Source: Eledone cirrhosa
Taxonomy: Eukaryota
Length of the DNA: 64,000 nucleotides
NCBI GenBank assembly: GCA_964016885.1
Contig: OZ024741.1
Span: forward strand, 24,242,001 to 24,306,000
Direction of reading: 5' to 3'
The notes under the pieces are model-generated. The model was not told where the DNA came from, did no database searches, and saw only the letters and a program-made list of their open reading frames with translations. Below are positions 42,601 to 55,700 of the stretch, piece after piece. Numbering within the stretch: the stretch's first letter is position 1; every line of letters begins with the position of its first letter. A program made the position numbers and the translations under genes.

Positions 42601-42700
42601 AATCCAGTACATATATAGTAAAAGACTATGCTTCAGCCATGACCTAACCATAATCCAGTACATATATAGTAAAAGACTGTGCTTCAGCCATGACCTAACC
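35950..42700. repeat. Tandem duplication, offset 2344 bp (46 x 51 - 2), followed by a partial third copy at offset 1683 bp (33 x 51)
   Basis: TGTGGTG 36107/38451, AATCAG deletion 37351/39695, AAAGTCTG 37424/39768/41451. Confidence 0.9.
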
Positions 42701-43099
42701 CTAATCCAGTACATATATAGTAAAAGACTGTCCTTCAGCTGTCACCTAACCTTAATCCAGTACATATATAGTAAAAGACTGTGCTTCAGCCATGACCTAA
42801 CCCTAATCCAGTACATATATAGTAAAAGACTGTGCTTCAGCCATGACCTAACCATAATCCAGTACATATATAGTAAAAGACTGTGCTGCAGCCATGACCT
42901 AACCCTAATCCAGTACATATATAGTAAAAGACTGTGCTTCAGCCATGACCTAACCATAATCCAGTACATATATAGTAAAAGACTGTGCTTCAGCCATGAC
43001 CTAACCCTAATCCAGTACATATATAGTAAAAGACTGTGCTTCAGCCATGACCTAACCATAATCCAGTACATATATAGTAAAAGACTGTGCTTCAGCTGT

Positions 43100-46000
43100 C
43101 ACCTAAACCTAATCCAGTACATCTATAGTAAAAGACTGTGCTTCAGCTGTCACCTAACCCTAATCCAGTACATATATAGTAAAAGACTGTGCTTCAGCCA
43201 TGACCTAACCCTAATCCAGTACATATATAGTAAAAGACTGTGCTTCAGCTGTCACCTAACTCTAATCCAGTACATACAGAAGTAAAAGACTGTGCTGCAG
43301 CCATGACCTAACCCTAATCCAGTACATATATAGTAAAAGACTGTGCTTCAGCTGTCACCTAACTCTAATCCAGTACATATATAGTAAAAGACTGTGCTGC
43401 AGCCATGACCTAACCCTAATCCAGTACATATATAGTAAAAGACTGTGCTTCAGCTGTCACCTAAACCTAATCCAGTACATCTATAGTAAAAGACTGTGCT
43501 TCAGCTGTCACCTAACTCTAATCCAGTACATATATAGTAAAAGACTGTGCTGCAGCCATGACCTAACCCTAATCCAGTACATATATAGTAAAAGACTGTG
43601 CTTCAGCTGTCACCTAAACCTAATCCAGTACATCTATAGTAAAAGACTGTGCTTCAGCTGTCACCTAACTCTAATCCAGTACATATATAGTAAAAGACTG
43701 TGCTGCAGCCATGACCTAACCCTAATCCAGTACATATATAGTAAAAGACTGTGCTTCAGCTGTCACCTAAACCTAATCCAGTACATCTATAGTAAAAGAC
43801 TGTGCTTCAGCTGTCACCTAACCCTAATCCAGTACATATATAGTAAAAGACTGTGCTTCAGCCATGACCTAACCCTAATCCAGTACATATATAGTAAAAG
43901 ACTGTGCTTCAGCTGTCACCTAACTCTAATCCAGTACATATATAGTAAAAGACTGTGCTGCAGCCATGACCTAACCCTAATCCAGTACATATATAGTAAA
44001 AGACTGTGCTTCAGCTGTCACCTAACTCTAATCCAGTACATATATAGTAAAAGACTGTGCTTCAGCTGTCACCTAAACCTAATCCAGTACATCTATAGTA
44101 AAAGACTGTGCTTCAGCTGTCACCTAACCCTAATCCAGTACATATATAGTAAAAGACTGTGCTTCAGCCATGACCTAACCCTAATCCAGTACATATATAG
44201 TAAAAGACTGTGCTTCAGCTGTCACCTAACTCTAATCCAGTACATATATATTAAAAGACTGTGCTGCAGCCATGATCTAACCCTAATCCAGTACATATAT
44301 AGTAAAAGACTGTGCTTCAGCTGTCACCTAACTCTAATCCAGTACATATATAGTAAAAGACTGTGCTTCAGCTGTCACCTAACTCTAATCCAGTACATAT
44401 ATAGTAAAAGACTGTGCTGCAGCCATGACCTAACCCTAATCCAGTACATATATAGTAAAAGACTGTGCTTCAGCTGTCACCTAACTCTAATCCAGTACAT
44501 ATATAGTAAAAGACTGTGCTTCAGCTGTCACCTAACTCTAATCCAGTACATATATAGTAAAAGACTGTGCTGCAGCCATGACCTAACCCTAATCCAGTAC
44601 ATATATAGTAAAAGACTGTGCTTCAGCTGTCACCTAACTCTAATCCAGTACATATATAGTAAAAGACTCTGCTTCAGCCATGACCTAACCATAATCCAGT
44701 ACATATATAGTAAAAGACTGTGCTGCAGCCATGACCTAACCCTAATCCAGTACATATATAGTAAAAGACTGTGCTTCAGCTGTCACCTAAACCTAATCCA
44801 GTACATCTATAGTAAAAGACTGTGCTTCAGCCATGACCTAACTCTAATCCAGTACATATATAGTAAAAGACTGTGCTTCAGCTGTCGCCTAACTCTAATC
44901 CAGTACATATATAGTAAAAGACTGTGCTGCAGCCATGACCTAACCCTAATCCAGTACATATATAGTAAAAGACTGTGCTTCAGCTGTCACCTAACTCTAA
45001 TCCAGTACATATATAGTAAAAGACTGTGCTTCAGCTGTCACCAAACTCTAATCCAGTACATATATAGTAAAAGACTGTGCTGCAGCCATGACCTAACCCT
45101 AATCCAGTACATATATAGTAAAAAACTGTGCTTCAGCTGTCACCTAACTCTAATCCAGTACATATATAGTAAAAGACTGTGCTGCAGCCATGACCTAACC
45201 CTAATCCAGTACATATATAGTAAAAGACTGTGCTTCAGCTGTCACCTAAACCTAATCCAGTACATCTATAGTAAAAGACTGTGCTTCAGCTGTCACCTAA
45301 CTCTAATCCAGTACATATATAGTAAAAGACTGTGCTGCAGCCATGACCTAACCCTAATCCAGTACATATATAGTAAAAGACTGTGCTTCAGCTGTCACCT
45401 AAACCTAATCCAGTACATCTATAGTAAAAGACTGTGCTTCAGCTGTCACCTAACCCTAATCCAGTACATATATAGTAAAAGACTGTGCTTCAGCCATGAC
45501 CTAACCCTAATCCAGTACATATATAGTAAAAGACTGTGCTTCAGCTGTCACCTAACTCTAATCCAGTACATATATAGTAAAAGACTGTGCTGCAGCCATG
45601 ACCTAACCCTAATCCAGTACATATATAGTAAAAGACTGTGCTTCAGCTGTCACCTAACTCTAATCCAGTACATATATAGTAAAAGACTGTGCTTCAGCTG
45701 TCACCTAACACTAATCCAGTACATATATAGTAAAAGACTGTGCTGCAGCCATGACCTAACCCTAATCCAGTACATATATAGTAAAAGACTGTGCTTCAGC
45801 TGTCACCTGACTCTAATCCAGTACATATATAGTAAAAGACTGTGCTGCAGCCATGACCTAACCCTAATCCAGTACATATATAGTAAAAGACTGTGCTTCA
45901 GCTGTCACCTAAACCTAATCCAGTACATCTATATTAAAAGACTGTGCTTCAGCTGTCACCTAACTCTAATCCAGTACATATATAGTAAAAGACTGTGCTG

Positions 46001-48700
46001 CAGCCATGACCTAACCCTAATCCAGTACATATATAGTAAAAGACTGTGCTTCAGCTGTCACCTAAACCTAATCCAGTACATCTATAGTAAAAGACTGTGC
46101 TTCAGCTGTCACCTAACCCTAATCCAGTACATATATAGTAAAAGACTGTGCTTCAGCCATGACCTAACCCTAAACCAGTACATATATAGTAAAAGACTGT
46201 GCTTCAGCTGTCACCTAACCCTAATCCAGTACATATATAGTAAAAGACTGTGCTTCAGCTGTGACCTAACTCTAATCCAGTACATATATAGTAAAAGACT
46301 GTGCTTCAGCCATGACCTAACCCTAATCCAGTACATCTATAGTAAAAGACTGTGCTTCAGCTGTCACCTAACCCTAATCCAGTACATATATAGTAAAAGA
46401 CTGTGCTTCAGCCATGACCTAACCCTAATCCAGTACATATATAGTAAAAGACTGTGCTTCAGCTGTCACCTAACTCTAATCCAGTACATATATAGTAAAA
46501 GACTGTGCTGCAGCCATGACCTAACCCTAATCCAGTACATATATAGTAAAAGACTGTGCTTCAGCTGTCACCTAACTCTAATCCAGTACATATATAGTAA
46601 AAGACTGTGCTGCAGCCATGACCTAACCCTAATCCAGTACATATATAGTAAAAGACTGTGCTTCAGCTGTCACCTAAACCTAATCCAGTACATCTATAGT
46701 AAAAGACTGTGCTTCAGCTGTCACCTAACTCTAATCCAGTACATATATAGTAAAAGACTGTGCTGCAGCCATGACCTAACCCTAATCCAGTACATATATA
46801 GTAAAAGACTGTGCTTCAGCTGTCACCTAAACCTAATCCAGTACATCTATAGTAAAAGACTGTGCTTCAGCTGTCACCTAACTCTAATCCAGTACATATA
46901 TAGTAAAAGACTGTGCTGCAGCCATGACCTAACCCTAATCCAGTACATATATAGTAAAAGACTGTGCTTCAGCTGTCACCTAAACCTAATCCAGTACATC
47001 TATAGTAAAAGACTGTGCTTCAGCTGTCACCTAACCCTAATCCAGTACATATACAGTAAAAGACTGTGCTTCAGCCATGACCTAACCCTAATCCAGTACA
47101 TATATAGTAAAAGACTGTGCTTCAGCTGTCACCTAACTCTAATCCAGTACATATATAGTAAAAGACTGTGCTGCAGCCATGACCTAACCCTAATCCAGTA
47201 CATATATAGTAAAAGACTGTGCTTCAGCTGTCACCTAACTCTAATCCAGTACATATATAGTAAAAGACTGTGCTTCAGCTGTCACCTAAACCTAATCCAG
47301 TACATCTATAGTAAAAGACTGTGCTTCAGCTGTCACCTAACCCTAATCCAGTACATATATAGTAAAAGACTGTGCTTCAGCCATGACCTAACCCTAATCC
47401 AGTACATATATAGTAAAAGACTGTGCTTCAGCTGTCACCTAACTCTAATCCAGTACATATATATTAAAAGACTGTGCTGCAGCCATGATCTAACCCTAAT
47501 CCAGTACATATATAGTAAAAGACTGTGCTTCAGCTGTCACCTAACTCTAATCCAGTACATATATAGTAAAAGACTGTGCTTCAGCTGTCACCTAACTCTA
47601 ATCCAGTACATATATAGTAAAAGACTGTGCTGCAGCCATGACCTAACCCTAATCCAGTACATATATAGTAAAAGACTGTGCTTCAGCTGTCACCTAACTC
47701 TAATCCAGTACATATATAGTAAAAGACTGTGCTGCAGCCATGACCTAACCCTAATCCAGTACATATATAGTAAAAGACTGTGCTTCAGCTGTCACCTAAC
47801 TCTAATCCAGTACATATATAGTAAAAGACTGTGCTTCAGCTGTCACCTAAACCTAATCCAGTACATCTATAGTAAAAGACTGTGCTTCAGCTGTCACCTA
47901 ACCCTAATCCAGTACATATATAGTAAAAGACTGTGCTTCAGCCATGACCTAACCCTAATCCAGTACATATATAGTAAAAGACTGTGCTTCAGCTGTCACC
48001 TAACTCTAATCCAGTACATATATATTAAAAGACTGTGCTGCAGCCATGATCTAACCCTAATCCAGTACATATATAGTAAAAGACTGTGCTTCAGCTGTCA
48101 CCTAACTCTAATCCAGTACATATATAGTAAAAGACTGTGCTTCAGCTGTCACCTAACTCTAATCCAGTACATATATAGTAAAAGACTGTGCTGCAGCCAT
48201 GACCTAACCCTAATCCAGTACATATATAGTAAAAGACTGTGCTTCAGCTGTCACCTAACTCTAATCCAGTACATATATAGTAAAAGACTGTGCTTCAGCT
48301 GTCACCTAACTCTAATCCAGTACATATATAGTAAAAGACTGTGCTGCAGCCATGACCTAACCCTAATCCAGTACATATATAGTAAAAGACTGTGCTTCAG
48401 CTGTCACCTAACTCTAATCCAGTACATATATAGTAAAAGACTCTGCTTCAGCCATGACCTAACCATAATCCAGTACATATATAGTAAAAGACTGTGCTTC
48501 AGCTGTCACCTAAACCTAATCCAGTACATCTATAGTAAAAGACTGTGCTTCAGCCATGACCTAACTCTAATCCAGTACATATATAGTAAAAGACTGTGCT
48601 TCAGCTGTCGCCTAACTCTAATCCAGTACATATATAGTAAAAGACTGTGCTGCAGCCATGACCTAACCCTAATCCAGTACATATATAGTAAAAGACTGTG
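43100..48700. repeat. Duplications with offsets 3213 bp (63 x 51) and nested 561 bp (11 x 51)
   Basis: The linked marker TATATTAAAA...CATGATCT occurs at 44251, 47464 and 48025. GACTCTG and CTGTCGCC are shared between about 44.7-44.9 kb and about 48.4-48.6 kb. Confidence 0.8.
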
Positions 48701-49749
48701 CTTCAGCTGTCACCTAAACCTAATCCAGTACATCTATAGTAAAAGACTGTGCTTCAGCTGTCACCTAACTCTAATCCAGTACATATATAGTAAAAGACTG
48801 TGCTGCAGCCATGACCTAACCCTAATCCAGTACATATATAGTAAAAGACTGTGCTTCAGCTGTCACCTAAACCTAATCCAGTACATCTATAGTAAAAGAC
48901 TGTGCTTCAGCTGTCACCTAACCCTAATCCAGTACATATATAGTAAAAGACTGTGCTTCAGCCATGACCTAACCCTAAACCAGTACATATATAGTAAAAG
49001 ACTGTGCTTCAGCTGTCACCTAACCCTAATCCAGTACATATATAGTAAAAGACTGTGCTTCAGCTGTGACCTAACTCTAATCCAGTACATATATAGTAAA
49101 AGACTGTGCTTCAGCCATGACCTAACCCTAATCCAGTACATATATAGTAAAAGACTGTGCTTCAGCTGTCACCTAACTCTAATCCAGTACATATATAGTA
49201 AAAGACTGTGCTGCAGCCATGACCTAACCCTAATCCAGTACATATATAGTAAAAGACTGTGCTTCAGCTGTCACCTAACTCTAATCCAGTACATATATAG
49301 TAAAAGACTGTGCTTCAGCTGTCACCTAACTCTAATCTAGTACATATATAGTAAAAGACTGTGCTGCAGCCATGACCTAACCCTAATCCAGTACATATAT
49401 AGTAAAAGACTGTGCTTCAGCTGTCACCTAACTCTAATCCAGTACATATATAGTAAAAGACTGTGCTTCAGCTGTCACCTAACTCTAATCCAGTACATAT
49501 ATAGTAAAAGACTGTGCTTCAGCCATGACCTAACCATAATCCAGTACATATATAGTAAAAGACTGTGCTGCAGCCATGACCTAACCCTAATCCAGTACAT
49601 ATATAGTAAAAGACTGTGCTTCAGCTGTCACCTAACCCTAATCCAGTACATATATAGTAAAAGACTGTGCTTCAGCTGTTACCTAACTCTAATCCAGTAC
49701 ATATATAGTAAAAGACTGTGCTGCAGCCATGACCTAACCCTAATCCAGT

Positions 49750-52700
49750 ACATATATAGTAAAAGACTGTGCTTCAGCTGTCACCTAAACCTAATCCAGT
49801 ACATCTATAGTAAAAGACTGTGCTTCAGCCATGACCTAACCCTAATCCAGTACATATATAGTAAAAGACTGTGCTTCAGCTGTCACCTAACTCTAATCCA
49901 GTACATATATAGTAAAAGACTGTGCTGCAGCCATGACCTAACCCTAATCCAGTACATATATAGTAAAAGACTGTGCTTCAGCTGTCACCTAAACCTAATC
50001 CAGTACATCTATAGTAAAAGACTGTGCTTCAGCCATGACCTAACCCTAATCCAGTACATATATAGTAAAAGACTGTGCTTCAGCTGTGACCTAACCCTAA
50101 TCCAGTACATATATAGTAAAAGACTGTGCTTCAGCTGTCACCTAACTCTAATCCAGTACATATATAGAAAAAGACTGTGCTGCAGCTGTCACCTAACTCT
50201 AATCCAGTACATATATAGTAAAAGACTGTGCTGCAGCCATGACCTAACCCTAATCCAGTACATATATAGTAAAAGACTGTGCTTCAGCTGTCACCTAAAC
50301 CTAATCCAGTACATCTATAGTAAAAAACTGTGCTTCAGCTGTCACCTAACTCTAATCCAGTACATATATAGTAAAAGACTGTGCTGCAGCCATGACCTAA
50401 CCCTAATCCAGTACATATATAGTAAAAGACTGTGCTTCAGCTGTCACCTAAACCTAATCCAGTACATCTATAGTAAAAGACTGTGCTTCAGCTGTCACCT
50501 AACCCTAATCCAGTACATATATAGTAAAAGACTGTGCTTCAGCCATGACCTAACCCTAATCCAGTACATATATAGTAAAAGACTGTGCTTCAGCTGTCAC
50601 CTAACTCTAATCCACTACATATATAGTAAAAGACTGTGCTTCAGCCATGACCTAACCCTAATCCAGTACATATATAGTAAAAGACTGTGCTTCAGCTGTC
50701 ACCTAACTCTAATCCAGTACATATATAGTAAAAGACTGTGCTGCAGCCATGACCTAACCCTAATCCAGTACATATATAGTAAAAGACTGTGCTTCAGCTG
50801 TCACCTAACCCTAATCCAGTACATATATAGTAAAAGACTGTGCTTCAGCTGTCACCTAACTCTAATCCAGTACATATATAGTAAAAGACTGTGCTGCAGC
50901 CATGACCTAACCCTAATCCAGTACATATATAGTAAAAGACTGTGCTTCAGCTGTCACCTAACTCTAATCCAGTACATATATAGTAAAAGACTGTGCTTCA
51001 GCCATGACCTAACCATAATCCAGTACATATATAGTAAAAGACTGTGCTGCAGCCATGACCTAACCCTAATCCAGTACATATATAGTAAAAGACTGTGCTT
51101 CAGCTGTCACCTAACTCTAATCCAGTACATATATAGTAAAAGACTGTGCTTCAGCCATGACCTAACCATAATCCAGTACATATATAGTAAAAGACTGTGC
51201 TGCAGCCATGACCTAACCCTAATCCAGTACATATATAGTAAAAGACTGTGCTTCAGCTGTCACCTAAACCTAATCCAGTACATCTATAGTAAAAGACTGT
51301 GCTTCAGCCATGACCTAACTCTAATCCAGTAGTTATATAGTAAAAAACTGTGCTTCAGCTGTCACCTAACCCTAATCCAGTACATATATAGTAAAAGACT
51401 GTGCTTCAGCTGTCACCTAAACCTAATCCAGTACATCTATAGTAAAAGACTGTGCTTCAGCCATGACCTAACTCTAATCCAGTAGTTATATAGTAAAAAA
51501 CTGTGCTTCAGCTGTCACCTAACCCTAATCCAGTACATATATAGTAAAAGACTGTGCTTCAGCTGTCACCTAACCCTAATCCAGTACATATATAGTATAA
51601 GACTGTGCTTCAGCTGTCACCTAACTCTAATCCAGTACATATATAGTAAAAGACTGTGCTGCAGCCATGACCTAACCCTAATCCAGTACATATATAGTAA
51701 AAGAATGTGCTTCAGCTGTCACCTAACTCTAATCCAGTACATATATAGTAAAAGACTGTGCTGCAGCCATGACCTAACCCTAATCCAGTACATATATAGT
51801 AAAAGACTGTGCTTCAGCTGTGACCTAACTCTAATCCAGTACATATATAGTAAAAGACTGTGCTTCAGCTGTCACCTAACTCTAATCCAGTACATATATA
51901 GTAAAAGACTGTGCTGCAGCCATGACCTAACCCTAATCCAGTACATATATAGTAAAAGACTGTGCTTCAGCTGTCACCTAACTCTAATCCAGTACATATA
52001 TAGTAAAAGACTGTGCTTCAGCTGTCACCTAACTCTAATCCAGTACATATATAGTAAAAGACTGTGCTGCAGCCATGACCTAACCCTAATCCAGTACATA
52101 TATAGTAAAAAACTGTGCTTCAGCTGTCACCTAACCCTAATCCAGTACATATATAATAAAAGACTGTGCTTCAGCTGTCACCTAACCCTAATGCAGTACA
52201 TATATAATAAAAGACTGTGCTGCAGCCATGACCTAACCATAATCCAGTACATATATAGTAAAAGACTGTGCTTCAGCCATGACCTAACCCTAATCCAGTA
52301 CTTATATAGTAAAAAACTGTGCTTCAGCTGTCACCTAACCCTAATCCAGTACATATATAGTAAAAGACTGTGCTTCAGCTGTCACCTAACTCTAATCCAG
52401 TACATATATAGTAATAGACCATGTTTCAGCTGTGACCTAACCCTAATCCAGTACATATATAGTAAAAGACTGTGCTTCAGCCATGACCTAACCCTAATAC
52501 AGTACATATATAGTAAAAGACTGTGCTTCAGCCATGACCTAACCCTAATCCAGTACATATATAGTAAAAGACTGTGCTTCAGACATGACCTAACCCTAAT
52601 CCAGTACATATATAGTAAAAACTGTGCTTCAGCTGTCACCTAACCCTAATCCAGTACATATATAGTAAAAGACTGTGTTTCAGCTGTCACCTAACCCTAA

Positions 52701-55700
52701 TCCAGTACATATATAGTAAAAGACCGTGCTTCAGCCATGACCTAACCCTAATCCAGTACATATATAGTAAAAGACTGTGCTTCAGCCATGACCTAACCCT
52801 AATCCAGTACATATATAGTAAAAGACTGTGCTTCAGCTGTCACCTAACCCTAATCCAGTACATATATAGTAAAAACTGTGCTTCAGCTGACTCCTAACCC
52901 TAATCCAGTACATATATAGTAAAAGACTGTGCTTCAGCTGTCACCTAACTCTAATCCAGTACATATATAGTAAAAGACCGTGCTTCAGCCATGACGTAAC
53001 TTTAATCCAATCCATATATAGTAAAAGACTGTGCTTCAGCCATGACCTAACCCTAATCCAGTACATATATAGTAAAAGACCGTACTTCAGCCATGACGTA
53101 ACTTTAATCCAATCCATATATAGTAAAAGACTGTGCTTCAGCTGTCACCTAACTCTAATCCTGTACATATATAGTAAAAGACCGTGTTTCAGCTGTGACC
53201 TAACCCTAATCCAGTACATATATAGTAAAAGACTGTGCTTCAGCTGTCACCTAACTCTAATCCAGTACATATATAGTAAAAGACCGTGTTTCAGCTGTGA
53301 CCTAATCCTAATCCAGTACATATATAGTAAAAGACTGTGCTTCAGCCATGACCTAACCCTAATCCAGTACATATATAGTAAAAGACTGTGCTTCAGCCAT
53401 GACCTAACCCTAATCCAGTACATATATAGTAAAAGACTGTGCTTCAGCCATGACCTAACCCTAATCCAGTACATATATAGTAAAAGACTGTGCTTCAGCT
53501 GTCACCTAACCCTAATCAAGTACATATATAGTAAAAGACTGTGCTTCAGCTGACTCCTAACCCTAATCCAGTACATATATAGTAAAAGACTGTGCTTCAG
53601 CTGTCACCTAACTCTAATCCAGTACATATATAGTAAAAGACCGTGCTTCAGCCATGACGTAACTTTAATCCAATCCATATATAGTAAAAGACTGTGCTTC
53701 AGCCATGACCTAACCCTAATCCAGTACATATATAGTAAAAGACCGTACTTCAGCCATGACGTAACTTTAATCCAATCCATATATAGTAAAAGACTGTGCT
53801 TCAGCTGTCACCTAACTCTAATCCTGTACATATATAGTAAAAGACTGTGCTTCAGCTGTCACCTAACCCTAATCCAGTACATATATAGTAAAAGACTGTG
53901 CTTCAGCTGTCACCTAACCCTAATCCTGTACATATATAGTAAAAGACTGTGCTTCAGCCATGACCTAACCCTAATCCAGTACATATATAGTAAAAGACTG
54001 TGCTTCAGCTGTCACCGAACTCTAATCCAGTACATATATAGTAAAAGACCGTGCCTCAGCCATGACCTAACTCTAATCCAGTACATATATAGTAAAAGAC
54101 CGTGCTTCAGCTGTCACCTAACCCTAATCCAGTACATATATAGTAAAAGACTGTGCTTCAGCTGTCACCTAACTCTAATCCAGTACATATATAGTAAAAG
54201 ACCGTGCTTCAGCTGTCACCTAACTCTAATCCAGTGGATATATAGTAAAAGACTGTGCCTCAGCTGTGACCTAACCCTAATCCAGTACATATATAGTAAA
54301 AGACTGTGCTTCAGCTGTCACCTAACTCTAATCCGGTACATATATAGTAAAAGACTGTGCTTCAGCTGTCACCTAACTCTAATCCGGTACATATATAGTA
54401 AAAGACTGTGCTTCAGCTGTCACCTAACTCTAATCCAGTACATATATAGTAAAAGACTGTGCTGCAGCCATGACCTAACCCTAATCCAGTACATATATAG
54501 TAAAAAACTGTGCTTCAGCTGTCACCTAACCCTAATCCAGTACATATATAATAAAAGACTGTGCTTCAGCTGTCACCTAACCCTAATCCAGTACATATAT
54601 AATAAAAGACTGTGCTGCAGCCATGACCTAACCATAATCCAGTACATATATAGTAAAAGACTGTGCTTCAGCCATGACCTAACCCTAATCCAGTACTTAT
54701 ATAGTAAAAAACTGTGCTTCAGCTGTCACCTAAACCTAATCCAGTACATCTATAGTAAAAGACTGTGCTTCAGCCATGACCTAACCCTAATCCAGTACAT
54801 ATATAGTAAAAGACTGTGCTTCAGCTGTGACCTAACCCTAATCCAGTACATATATAGTAAAAGACTGTGCTTCAGCTGTCACCTAACTCTAATCCAGTAC
54901 ATATATAGTAAAAAACTGTGCTTCAGCTGTCACCTAACCCTAATCCAGTACATATATAATAAAAGACTGTGCTTCAGCTGTCACCTAACCCTAATCCAGT
55001 ACATATATAATAAAAGACTGTGCTGCAGCCATGATCTAACCATAATCCAGTACATATATAGTAAAAGACTGTGCTTCAGCCATGACCTAACCCTAATCCA
55101 GTACATATATAGTAAAAGACTGTGCTTCAGCTGTCACCTAAACCTAATCCAGTACATCTATAGTAAAAGACTGTGCTTCAGCCATGACCTAACCCTAATC
55201 CAGTACATATATAGTAAAAGACTGTGCTTCAGCTGTCACCTAACTCTAATCCAGTACATATATAGTAAAAGACTGTGCTGCAGCCATGACCTAACCCTAA
55301 TCCAGTACATATATAGTAAAAGACTGTGCTTCAGCTGTCACCTAAACCTAATCCAGTACATCTATAGTAAAAGACTGTGCTTCAGCCATGACCTAACCCT
55401 AATCCAGTACATATATAGTAAAAGACTGTGCTTCAGCTGTGACCTAACCCTAATCCAGTACATATATAGTAAAAGACTGTGCTTCAGCTGTCACCTAACT
55501 CTAATCCAGTACATATATAGAAAAAGACTGTGCTGCAGCTGTCACCTAACTCTAATCCAGTACATATATAGTAAAAGACTGTGCTGCAGCCATGACCTAA
55601 CCCTAATCCAGTACATATATAGTAAAAGACTGTGCTTCAGCTGTCACCTAAACCTAATCCAGTACATCTATAGTAAAAGACTGTGCTTCAGCTGTCACCT

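Larger units (their letters stand above)
33600..49750. repeat. Domain III: alternating A/B sub-array with short 2-3-monomer periodicity
   Basis: Mostly three monomer types: A-AACTCT, B-CTGCAG and A-AAACCT/CATCTAT. GACCGTG variants are nearly absent. Confidence 0.8.
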
